From a bacterium (GTDB lineage: Bacteria; Patescibacteriota; Patescibacteriia; Patescibacteriales; Patescibacteriaceae): a stretch of DNA of 64,000 nt. The notes under the pieces were generated by a model. That model worked only from the letters and a program-made list of their open reading frames with translations. It searched no databases and was not told the origin of the DNA. The translations under genes were made by a program, and so were the position numbers. The DNA lies in contig JBDRKN010000020.1 of the NCBI GenBank assembly GCA_043813955.1, forward strand, positions 685 through 64,684, written 5' to 3'. Below are positions 55,482-63,193 of the stretch, in pieces. Numbering within the stretch: position 1 is the first letter of the stretch; each line of letters begins with the position of its first letter.

Positions 55482-56534
55482 CTATTTCTGCCAAATATAT
55501 TTAGCCATCTTCCAGCTATATTTAACAACAATTAACATAATAAAGAGATAAATAACATATTGCAGAATAACAAAAATAACAGCTAATAAATTAATAGTTA
55601 TACCCTGGATTGAAGCATTAATATCATGAACAAAGTTTTTAATAGCCATTTTCCAAGAATCTTTTAGATTATCAACATCAATATATTTATCTTTATAAAT
55701 ATTAATATTGAAATAAGTATAGTCTAAACGATCTAATTGATTGGATTTAGCTATAGTTAAACGATCTAATTGTTCATTAATAGTTATTTTTTCCTGAGTT
55801 AAACGTTCAATAATTTTAATTTTACTATCAATAATTTTAGCCAAACTTTCCACATCTTTAGTCTGTGTAGCTAAATTCATAATTTTATCATAGGCATCAA
55901 TTGCATTTTCTAAAGTTTCCTCAATTGACTGTTTTTTCTTTTCTAGCACCTCAACTTCATTGGTAAAATCATCAATTGTCTGCTTGATAGTGTATGAATT
56001 TTTTGATAGTTCTTTTGGATCAAGATCTTCAATAATATCTAAAATCTCATCTGCATTATCATTCTTAACTTTAAATCTGTAATCACAACTATGGCCGTCT
56101 TGTTTATTGGCATTTTCAAAAATTACGTAGTCCTTTACTTTAAGATCAGATACTATAGCGCAAGTTTCATCTAAATGAGCTGTGTTGATTAAACCATTGT
56201 ACTCAGTTATTTCAAAATCTTCAGCATCATCACCAGTTGCGTGGCCCTGAGGAGGAATAATACCATATGCCGTATTACGTATTGATAGGCTAGTATCGCC
56301 CCAACCGCCCATTTTTTCATCTATGTCGCTAGACTCCATAGACTCCATTGCCATTTCAAAATCATTAAATCCACCCATCCCTTTATTATCAATGTTTGTT
56401 TTCAGAGTAAGAGAATCAAAAGAGCGTCCCACTATATTAAATAAAAAAACAATAACAAAAATAGCCACTATTGCTAAACCAGCCACTTTTAATATAGCAA
56501 TTGGTTTGAATTTAAATTTTTTTAAAAATTCCAT
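55482..56534 (-). CDS. Membrane protein with DUF4349-like architecture (N-terminal TM, coiled coil, C-terminal TM pair)
   Basis: The architecture matches DUF4349 as I remember it; sequence-level assignment was not verified. Confidence 0.45.
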   Translation of the reverse strand: MEFLKKFKFKPIAILKVAGLAIVAIFVIVFLFNIVGRSFDSLTLKTNIDNKGMGGFNDFEMAMESMESSDIDEKMGGWGDTSLSIRNTAYGIIPPQGHATGDDAEDFEITEYNGLINTAHLDETCAIVSDLKVKDYVIFENANKQDGHSCDYRFKVKNDNADEILDIIEDLDPKELSKNSYTIKQTIDDFTNEVEVLEKKKQSIEETLENAIDAYDKIMNLATQTKDVESLAKIIDSKIKIIERLTQEKITINEQLDRLTIAKSNQLDRLDYTYFNINIYKDKYIDVDNLKDSWKMAIKNFVHDINASIQGITINLLAVIFVILQYVIYLFIMLIVVKYSWKMAKYIWQK

Positions 56535-56655
56535 AAGTTTTTAATTAAAAATAATTTTATATGATAATTATAGCACTTTTAAAATAACAAAAAAAGATGC
56601 TTACTATTAGATTAGAACTACATAATAAAAAGCCATAAAATTAGATCCATGAAAA

Positions 56656-56730
56656 GGGAAAAATATTTTAGATTTTGTCTTCATCTTAAAAACTAAAGCA
56701 ACTGGAGCCGCTCCCATATGGTGTGGGTTC
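56656..56730 (+). repeat. Box+hairpin module, solo copy 1 (degenerate hairpin)
   Basis: GGGAAAAATATTTTAGATTTTG (56656-56677), CTTCATCT..AACTAAAG (56679-56698, pairing partly lost), ACTGGAGCCGCTCCC, GGTGTGGGTT. Lies 58 nt downstream of the stop of gene 56788..57180. Confidence 0.75.
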
Positions 56731-56787
56731 ATATATAACTGATTTAACATTTTTATTAATAGTTACAGTAGTTGACAATTATTTTAT

Positions 56788-57180
56788 TTATACAAAATTT
56801 GCATCATCTAAAATTTCTATTACATATTTATGCATTTTTATTAAAGTTTTTTTAGTATATTTAACATGAGCTTGAGCTTGTTTCATAACATTTTTATCTC
56901 CATCAACAAGTTGGGAACTAAAAGTATATGTTACATATCCGTACTTCTGCCCTCGATAATCTGCACGATCCAGTAATTGTTGTATTGCTTCATCATCCTT
57001 GAATTTTTTTCTATTCTTTTTTATTAATCTGTACGTGAAGGGATTAATACTTGCCTCAACTATTGCAAAAATTCTACTGACCTTATCATCTAAAATTCTT
57101 GTTTCAATACATAATCGTATTTCTGAATATGGCCCAGTCCCTCCCCATAATCCATCTCTTTGTTTTTGTGTTATTTCCAT
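56788..57180 (-). CDS. Hypothetical protein (130 aa)
   Basis: ORF only; no family recognised. Confidence 0.5.
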   Translation of the reverse strand: MEITQKQRDGLWGGTGPYSEIRLCIETRILDDKVSRIFAIVEASINPFTYRLIKKNRKKFKDDEAIQQLLDRADYRGQKYGYVTYTFSSQLVDGDKNVMKQAQAHVKYTKKTLIKMHKYVIEILDDANFV

Positions 57181-57383
57181 AAAATAGCTTATTTTAATAT
57201 AAAGTCAGCATTTTTTATTTGAGGTAATAAGTGAGGCCGTCTATTGTGTTGTTGGCATTTGGTAGTGCATGAGAATGGATGGTGGCGGAAAATATTACCA
57301 AAAAATTGAAGTACACTTTTTATATTATTTATTATTTTATTTCTAGCGGCAGAGATTCTTTTATAAACTGTTCTATGTCTTCT

Positions 57384-57584
57384 CTAACTAAAAGCCTTGA
57401 TAAATTTACGTTCTTTATAACAATAAGAAGTAACAGTTCTGCCTCTGGCTAGAAAATTAGCAAAACCCAAATAATCAAACCTAATAGTATTATTCACATT
57501 TAGATCTTTTAACTTATGATATAGATTGCTGCCATCTATATATATGGCAACTCTCTTGTTTTTCTTATTATCTTTTTGTTCCAT
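57384..57584 (-). pseudogene. Truncated NYN/LabA-like domain gene (N-terminal ~66 aa only)
   Basis: From the ATG at 57584: MEQKDNKKNKRVAIYIDGSNLYHKLKDL..., stopping far short of the ~170 aa of the intact paralogue at 61338..61853. The part of the listed ORF upstream of 57584 runs through a hairpin plus T-run. Confidence 0.55.
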
Positions 57585-57590
57585 AGTTTG

Positions 57591-57628
57591 AAAAAACCCA
57601 CTGTGCCCCCTCGCGGGAACAGAGTGGG
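57591..57628 (-). terminator. GC-rich hairpin + T6 in the leader of the truncated NYN gene
   Basis: On the minus strand: CCCACTCTG-N14-CACAGTGGG (one mismatch; the loop has an inner CCC/GGG stem) followed by TTTTTT, ending 6 nt before the ATG. Confidence 0.5.
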
Positions 57629-57924
57629 TGGTTTTAGCAAAACAATGGATAACTACTATAAACAACAGTTTCAGTGAATAAATTATAGTATACTATTTAA
57701 ATAAAAAATGTCAATAGTTATCCACAACTATAACTATTATATCATTTTTAAAACATTAAGTAAAAAATTGTTCATGTACAAGATGAGCACATAGTATTGA
57801 CATAAATTTATCATTATACACTATCATGGCTGACAAAAAACAACAAAAAAATATTAAAAAATGGCGATTTGGTTAATGTTAATGCAACTCATAGAAGAGC
57901 TATTATTCTTAAATTGGTAATAAA

Positions 57925-59715
57925 TTAACTAGCCTTAAAAGCCCGCTTTCTGTCATTTTCAGTTAAGTGCTGTTTTCTTAGACGAATACTCTTGGGAGTA
58001 ATTTCCAAATATTCATCACCACTCATAATACTCATACCACTCTCTAAAGTTAATTCCATGGGTGGTGTTAAACGAATAGCTTCATCAGCGCCTGAGGAGC
58101 GCATATTAGTCAACTGCTTACCTTTAATAGGGTTAACTACTAAATCATTACCTTTGGCTACATTGCCAATAACCATACCTTCATATACCTCTGTATTAGC
58201 GGTCACATAAAGAATTCCTCTGTCTTGTAGATTAAAAAGAGAAAAACCAAGTGCCTTGCCAGCAACCATAGAAATCATAGAACCAACCTCACTCTTTTCA
58301 ATCTCACCAGCATAAGGCCTAAAATCAATAACTCGATTATAAAGAATACCTTGGCCACGTGTGTTGACCACAAATTCATTACGATAACCCAATAAACCAC
58401 GAGTAGGAATTTCAAAAATAATTTTAACGTCACCGTGCTCTAGCTTCATTTCAACCATATTACCGCGACGTTTGGCTAATTTTTCAATCACTATGCCAGA
58501 CATTGTTTCAGGAACAATAACTGTCACCTCTTCAAAGGGTTCTAGTTTAGTGCCATCTTCTTCTTTAATAATAACCTGAGGCTGAGAAACTTGCATTTCA
58601 TAGCCCTCACGTCTCATATTTTCTAAAAGAATAGCAATATGCATTTCACCGCGGCCATAAACCTTACAATAATCAACATTAGAAAAATCAATCTTTAAGC
58701 CAACATTAATTTCCAATTCTTTTTCTAATCTTTCTTTAATCTGACGATTAGTAATAAATTTACCTTCTTTACCAGCAAGGGGTGAATTATTAACTAAAAA
58801 ATTCAAAGAAATAGTTGGCTCATCAATACTAATAGCTGGCAAAGCCTCTTGCTCAGCATTAGCACAAATAGTTTCACCAATATAGATATTAGGCAAACCA
58901 GCTATCATAATAATATCACCAGCCCCTGCTTCAGTAACTTCTTTTCTAGTTAATCCGTCAAAGGTAAATATTTTAGTAATTTTACCAGCCCTATTACCGC
59001 CTTGAGCATCTTTAATAATTACATTCTCACCTGCTTTAATTAAGCCTTCATAGATTCTGCCAATAGCTAAACGACCCAAAAAATTATCATAACCTAAATT
59101 AAACGGCTGGACACGTAAAGGCTGATTACAAGCCTCTTCACTAGAAGCAACTGGGACTTCTGCTAAAATAGTATCTAATAGCGGAGTTAAATCTTTAAAT
59201 TCATCATCTAAGTTAGCCTTGGCCACCCCCTCGCGAGCAATAGTATAAATAGTAGTAAAATCAAGCTGTTCGTCATTAGCGCCTAGATCAAGGAATAATT
59301 CATAAATCATTTCACTGACTTCATCAGGTCTAGCAGCTGGCTTATCAATCTTGTTAATCACAACAATTGGTTTTAATCCTAAATCTAATGATTTTTTTAA
59401 AACAAACTTAGTCTGGGGCATAGGACCTTCTTGAGCGTCAACTACTAACAAGACTGAATCAATAGAACGCAAAACACGTTCTACTTCTGAGCCAAAATCA
59501 GCATGACCTGGCGTATCAACAATATTAATCTTATTATCTTGATAATAGACTGAGGTATTTTTTGAATAAATAGTAATACCACGCTCCTGTTCTAGAACGT
59601 TATTATCCATACTGTCACCCTCGCTAGACATGCCTGTTTGACGCATCAAAGAATCAGTTAAAGTAGTTTTGCCATGATCAACATGAGCAATAATTGCAAT
59701 GTTTCTGATTTTCAT
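57925..59715 (-). CDS. typA: Translational GTPase TypA/BipA
   Basis: MKIRNIAIIAHVDHGKTTL, DTPGHADFG, NKID. Start at the ATG at 59715; the listed ORF has 32 extra upstream codons. Confidence 0.9.
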   Translation of the reverse strand: MKIRNIAIIAHVDHGKTTLTDSLMRQTGMSSEGDSMDNNVLEQERGITIYSKNTSVYYQDNKINIVDTPGHADFGSEVERVLRSIDSVLLVVDAQEGPMPQTKFVLKKSLDLGLKPIVVINKIDKPAARPDEVSEMIYELFLDLGANDEQLDFTTIYTIAREGVAKANLDDEFKDLTPLLDTILAEVPVASSEEACNQPLRVQPFNLGYDNFLGRLAIGRIYEGLIKAGENVIIKDAQGGNRAGKITKIFTFDGLTRKEVTEAGAGDIIMIAGLPNIYIGETICANAEQEALPAISIDEPTISLNFLVNNSPLAGKEGKFITNRQIKERLEKELEINVGLKIDFSNVDYCKVYGRGEMHIAILLENMRREGYEMQVSQPQVIIKEEDGTKLEPFEEVTVIVPETMSGIVIEKLAKRRGNMVEMKLEHGDVKIIFEIPTRGLLGYRNEFVVNTRGQGILYNRVIDFRPYAGEIEKSEVGSMISMVAGKALGFSLFNLQDRGILYVTANTEVYEGMVIGNVAKGNDLVVNPIKGKQLTNMRSSGADEAIRLTPPMELTLESGMSIMSGDEYLEITPKSIRLRKQHLTENDRKRAFKAS

Positions 59716-59906
59716 AAAAAAATTAAAACCGCCTAAATAGCGGGCAAATAAATAATAAATTATCTTTAATTTACGTAAATACAATATAATACATTTATTA
59801 TCTAATGTCAAGAGTGTAACTATTGTAACTGTTGCAGAGTTAATGTTACTTTTTTTCAGGAATTATACAAAGTGCAATTAAACAACAAAAAACACCAAAT
59901 TAATGT

Positions 59907-60299
59907 CTATTTACAAAAAGTATAATCTATATAATTTTCTCGAATTATTTTTTTCCATGTGGCTGTTTCGTTATTCCCGCCAATATCATCTTTATGATAG
60001 ACAAGTAATATTTTAATTTCCCTGATTTTTTTATGTGCAGCTATAATACAGCGATTTCCTGATTTTTTTCTAGAATACTTAGTCCCTGCAATACGAAATT
60101 CTGTCTTGCAAATAGAAATATCATTTATGCAAACGATTTCATCGGCTATGCCTGTTTCTAATAATGCATCAAGGCGTTTTAACTCCTCTATGATACCTTG
60201 CCATGTTTTGTCCCAAAAACTTTTATATTTTTTCTGAAATTTTTTTATATAATGACGTTCAGCGTATTTTTCTGTAATAACAACATAATTAGTAGACAT
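59907..60299 (-). CDS. Putative toxin partner of the Panacea-domain protein (130 aa; RelE-superfamily-like C-terminal pattern)
   Basis: Overlaps the upstream HTH-Panacea gene by 11 nt. The KTEFRIAGTKYSRKKSGNRCIIAAHKKIREIKILLVYHKDD pattern resembles RelE/HigB-type toxins. Weak; assessed by eye. Confidence 0.4.
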   Translation of the reverse strand: MSTNYVVITEKYAERHYIKKFQKKYKSFWDKTWQGIIEELKRLDALLETGIADEIVCINDISICKTEFRIAGTKYSRKKSGNRCIIAAHKKIREIKILLVYHKDDIGGNNETATWKKIIRENYIDYTFCK

Positions 60300-60978
60300 A
60301 AGCGGGATCTTCTTGGATTATAAGCTCATATGGGATAACCTCATCTAAAGCGCATAAACGATATGGCAATTGTTCGTGTGTAAAATCAACTATTTCTTGT
60401 GTTTTTTTATTTTTCCATTTTTTTGCTATTTGCTTTATGAGGTATTTTTCTTCTTTTGAGAGTTTATTTAATTGTCTTCGCTTTGAGCCTTCGCCTTCCC
60501 TAATCAAAATTATACCGTCATTGCTTCGGTCTATGTTTACCTTGCCTTGTTCTTCTAATTCATCTAAAGCACGGAAGTATGAATCTGGCACAGGACCATA
60601 TTTAATTCGTTTGTACTGCATGCCACTCATACTTTGCATTTTTTCATAAAACCATGCAAAATCAGCAAGATATAATAATTTTGCTAATTTAGTTTTAGGT
60701 ATTTTACCATCGCTATTTGAACTAGCAACGCGTAAATAGGCAAGCAGCATTTCTTTATATTTTTCATAATCTGGTGCTACACCTGTTTCCATATCTTTCA
60801 AACTAATACCAAAAATATCAGAGAGTTTTTGTGCCTCTGATAGCAACAATTCTCTCTTACCTTGTTCAACAGCAATATATGATGTGCGAGAAATCCCTAG
60901 TTTATGAGCGATTTCCTGCTGGGATATTCCTTTTTGCACACGTAAAGATTTTATAAATTGTATATATGTTTTAATCAT
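60289..60978 (-). CDS. XRE-family HTH fused to a DUF4065 (Panacea/SocA-like) antitoxin domain
   Basis: N-terminus LRVQKGISQQEIAHKLGISRTSYIAVEQGKRE (HTH_3/XRE). C-terminus KTKLAKLLYLADFAWFYEKMQSMSGMQYKRIKYGPVP (DUF4065 signature). Its promoter TTGACA-17-TATAGT overlaps the inverted repeat TGTCA-N7-TGACA. Confidence 0.75.
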   Translation of the reverse strand: MIKTYIQFIKSLRVQKGISQQEIAHKLGISRTSYIAVEQGKRELLLSEAQKLSDIFGISLKDMETGVAPDYEKYKEMLLAYLRVASSNSDGKIPKTKLAKLLYLADFAWFYEKMQSMSGMQYKRIKYGPVPDSYFRALDELEEQGKVNIDRSNDGIILIREGEGSKRRQLNKLSKEEKYLIKQIAKKWKNKKTQEIVDFTHEQLPYRLCALDEVIPYELIIQEDPAYVY

Positions 60979-61084
60979 AGATAATTACTTAATTGCTTAA
61001 CTAATTATACTATACTACACCATAATATACTTGTCAATAATACTGACATGTAATTATACGCAATAATGACATAAATTTAGGTAT

Positions 61085-61125
61085 AAAAAATCCCTGCTTT
61101 TCTCATTGTGAGATAAAACAGGGAT
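61085..61125 (-). terminator. Strong intrinsic terminator on the minus strand, downstream of the NYN gene and module copy 2
   Basis: On the minus strand: ATCCCTG-ttttatctcacaatgagaaaag-CAGGGAT followed by T6, with inner pairing TCTC/GAGA. Confidence 0.65.
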
Positions 61126-61136
61126 AAAGTGTCATC

Positions 61137-61192
61137 TGTGGGCAAAAATGTTTTAAATTTTGTCTTTAGCTTGAGAGCTAAAGTAAACTGGG
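61137..61192 (+). repeat. Box+hairpin module, solo copy 2 (TGTGGG-type box, compensated hairpin)
   Basis: TGTGGGCAAAAATGTTTTAAATTTTG (61137-61162), CTTTAGCT-tgag-AGCTAAAG (61164-61183), TAAACTGG. Confidence 0.8.
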
Positions 61193-61337
61193 AATAATTC
61201 TATTATAAGATAGAAATGATAGAATGCGGTTAACTATGGTTAAGACTAGCCCTTGACTTATTTATTGTTTTGGTATACAATATAAATATTAAGACGAAAA
61301 GGGTCCCTGAAGTCGTAAAAAACTGATGGCCCCCTTT

Positions 61338-61853
61338 TTATTTATATTCAATTAAATGTTTTATATTAATGAGGTAATCAAAGAATTTCCTCGTTATTTT
61401 TTTATAAAGAGAAGAAGCAAATTCTTTATTTGGGAATAATATCTTTTCAAATTTATCTTCTTTAATTAAAAAATCTACTAACATTCTATAATCACCATCA
61501 CCAGATACAAGAACAATTTTATGAAATTGTTCTTTGTAATATAATTTTTTCATTATTGTAAAAATAATATCAGAATCCACATTACCTTTTTTCTTTCCTA
61601 ACATTTTAGTATTATGTTCTCTAAATTTTAAAATAAAACCAGCAGCTTGAATTTCATCATAAAGTTCTTCATTTATTTCATTCATATATCCTAAAAAATA
61701 ATAAGCTTTATCTACTTGATATTTTTTAGATAAATAATTACGGAACTTAACTAAATCAACTCTCCATGTAGGTTTATTAGATCTAATTCCCATGTATAAA
61801 TTTTGCCCATCAATAAATGCTAAATTATTTTGCTCATCATTATTTCTTACCAT
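61338..61853 (-). CDS. NYN/LabA-like (PIN-like) RNase domain protein
   Basis: LAFIDGQNLYMGI near the N-terminus, NVDSDI, and VLVSGDGDY: the conserved acidic residues of NYN domains. 171 aa. Confidence 0.75.
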   Translation of the reverse strand: MVRNNDEQNNLAFIDGQNLYMGIRSNKPTWRVDLVKFRNYLSKKYQVDKAYYFLGYMNEINEELYDEIQAAGFILKFREHNTKMLGKKKGNVDSDIIFTIMKKLYYKEQFHKIVLVSGDGDYRMLVDFLIKEDKFEKILFPNKEFASSLYKKITRKFFDYLINIKHLIEYK

Positions 61854-62003
61854 AAAACTATCTATTTTATTTATAACTTTATATTAGATTAAAACAACAA
61901 AAAATACCAATTCAAAATTAGTATTTCTTAAAAAGATTGGCTCGAACCGAATTTTGCGGGAACGGGAAGTGAGCTTGAGCTTTATTAAACCCTTTAAAAT
62001 ATT

Positions 62004-62316
62004 GGTTGAGATGGCGCGTAGTTTTAATGGAGTTTACCCTACGCACGTGGCGCGTGCCGTTCTGCTCTCAACCTTGGATAAAATCCGAACCTATTTCGCG
62101 ACCAACACGGATATCTAAGTTAAATCCCACTCCGCGTCTCCAGTTCACCGCAAAGTCTTGCGGTGTGCAAAATCTAAAACATTTTTACCCACAGATTTTT
62201 TATTTATTCTTGGGGCGCGCTTTTTTTATTAAGGAAAGGGAAAAATATTTTAGATTTTGTCTTTAGTTTAAGAACTAAAGTAAACTGGATACGCTCCCGC
62301 CAGCGTTGGTGGGGTT
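62004..62316. repeat. GC-rich composite element A (~313 nt): long minus-facing arm + 47-nt spacer + plus-facing arm; candidate structured RNA/recombination site
   Basis: Boxes at 62168-62190 (read on +: CAAAATCTAAAACATTTTTACCC) and 62238-62259 (GGGAAAAATATTTTAGATTTTG). Hairpins at 62146-62165 and 62261-62280. Paralogue of 62843-63170. Confidence 0.8.
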
Positions 62317-62380
62317 GATTTAAATTGACTTATGTTAAATATGCTTTTCCAATAAACACTAAATACAGAATTGTTTGAGT

Positions 62381-62418
62381 AAATAAAAGACCTGACTATT
62401 CTGCCAGGCCAAAAAAAA
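62381..62418 (-). terminator. Intrinsic terminator of gene 62433..62711
   Basis: On the minus strand: GGCCTG-gcagaatagt-CAGGTC followed by TTTTATTT. One pair is G-U on the minus transcript but an A-C mismatch on the plus strand, which favours minus-strand function. Confidence 0.55.
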
Positions 62419-62432
62419 TTAAAATAGTTATA

Positions 62433-62711
62433 CTATCCATGCTCGAAACCGTAAACATTAAATCGCTTTATCATTGCCTCTTTTCCTTTTTTAATAAAAC
62501 TTTCCTTAACATCATCATTCATTGAAACAAAAGCTGTTAATTTACAACTCTTGCCATTGTTATCAATATGTGAGTCCATTGTGTCATAGATAGTCAACAT
62601 TCCAATACCAGAATATCCAATCTTATGACCAGAAAATACTACATGTAATTCCATCTCTCGAGAAAAAGATAATTTAAACTCAGAAATAGATATTATTACT
62701 TCTACTTTCAT
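62433..62711 (-). CDS. Hypothetical protein (92 aa from the ATG at 62711)
   Basis: A minus-strand promoter TTGACA (62781-62776)-17-TATCAT (62758-62753) would start transcription downstream of the listed ATG at 62762. The ATG at 62711 (MKVEVII) has AAGGG 7 nt upstream. Confidence 0.5.
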   Translation of the reverse strand: MKVEVIISISEFKLSFSREMELHVVFSGHKIGYSGIGMLTIYDTMDSHIDNNGKSCKLTAFVSMNDDVKESFIKKGKEAMIKRFNVYGFEHG

Positions 62712-62842
62712 TTTATTACCCTTTTTAATGATACAATTTAATTTCTGACTCAATGATATCATATTTCAATAATTATGTCAATACTAACAAAAAATACTAA
62801 CAAAAAATAACTAAATTTAGCTATTTTTTGTAAATATTCTCA

Positions 62843-63170
62843 GCCCCTTTGAAATACTCCCCGAAAGGGTGGCGCGTCCTTGTCTGCTCTCAACCTTGGA
62901 TAAAATTCGAACCTATTTCGCGACCAACACGGACAAATGAGCCAGGCTGCCCTCGGCGGGCAGTTGCCCACCCAGCTCCTCTAGTCCACCGCAAAGCATT
63001 GCGGTGTGCAAAATCTAAAATATTTTTACCCACAGATTTTTTATTTATTTTTTGGGCGCGCTTTTTTATTAAGGAAAGGGAAAAATGTTTTAGATTTTGT
63101 CTTTAGTTTAAGAACTAAAGTACTGGAGACACTCTGACGGGGGGTGCGGTAGGAGGCGGTTGGTGGGGTT
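62843..63170. repeat. GC-rich composite element B (~328 nt), paralogue of element A
   Basis: Boxes at 63009-63031 and 63078-63099; hairpins at 62987-63006 and 63101-63120. Three near-identical blocks are shared with A; the inserts and tails are unrelated. Confidence 0.8.
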
Positions 63171-63193
63171 ATAATATCACATCAAAACAAAGG

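Noticed and set aside
57271-57300. Possible degenerate minus-facing box (GGTGGCGGAAAATATTACCAAAAAATT) that would pair with solo module 1 around gene 56788..57180
   Set aside because: The similarity to CAAAATCTAAAATATTTTTACCC is only patchy and requires several gaps. It is not distinguishable from chance in AT-rich sequence.
57718-57726. Perfect DnaA box TTATCCACA (with a 7/9 relative at 57645-57655) as a hint of a replication origin
   Set aside because: There are only one or two boxes, no dnaA/dnaN context and no cluster or AT-rich unwinding element pattern. The box is part of a 10-bp inverted repeat flanking a promoter, so it is more likely an operator or a chance match.
57826-57876. 16-codon ORF (MADKKQQKNIKKWRFG) behind a TTGACA-containing promoter-like sequence downstream of typA
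   Set aside because: The -10 spacing is poor (14 nt), there is no SD, and it is too short. It was not reported as a feature.
61287-61335. A-rich tail GGGTCCCTGAAGTCGTAAAAAACTGATGG, reminiscent of a preQ1-I riboswitch
   Set aside because: I could not draw the required P1 stem and pseudoknot. The element sits at the 3' end of a convergent gene, not in front of a queuosine-related gene.
62006-62266. Listed ORFs 62006..62266 (86 aa) and 62849..63106 (85 aa), which share the peptide stretches CSQPWIK.EPISRPTR and FIKEREK.FRFCL
   Set aside because: The two DNA copies differ by a 19-nt indel between the conserved blocks, so the middle conserved block is read in different frames in the two ORFs. 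Conservation is therefore at the nucleotide level, not the protein level. There is no SD, the starts are odd, and the composition is atypical. I treat them as non-coding repeat/RNA elements.
62146-62280. Canonical integron attC site
   Set aside because: The imperfect palindrome with a bulged base is attC-like in shape, but the arms do not contain the RYYYAAC / GTTRRRY core sites, and no intI-type integrase or attI is visible nearby. It is kept only as an analogy in the findings.
61140-63099. The GTTTTAGA-containing box resembles the start of type II CRISPR repeats or tracrRNA anti-repeats
   Set aside because: There is no array of regularly spaced direct repeats with unique spacers. The copies are in both orientations and hundreds of bp apart with genes in between. 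No cas genes are in the window.
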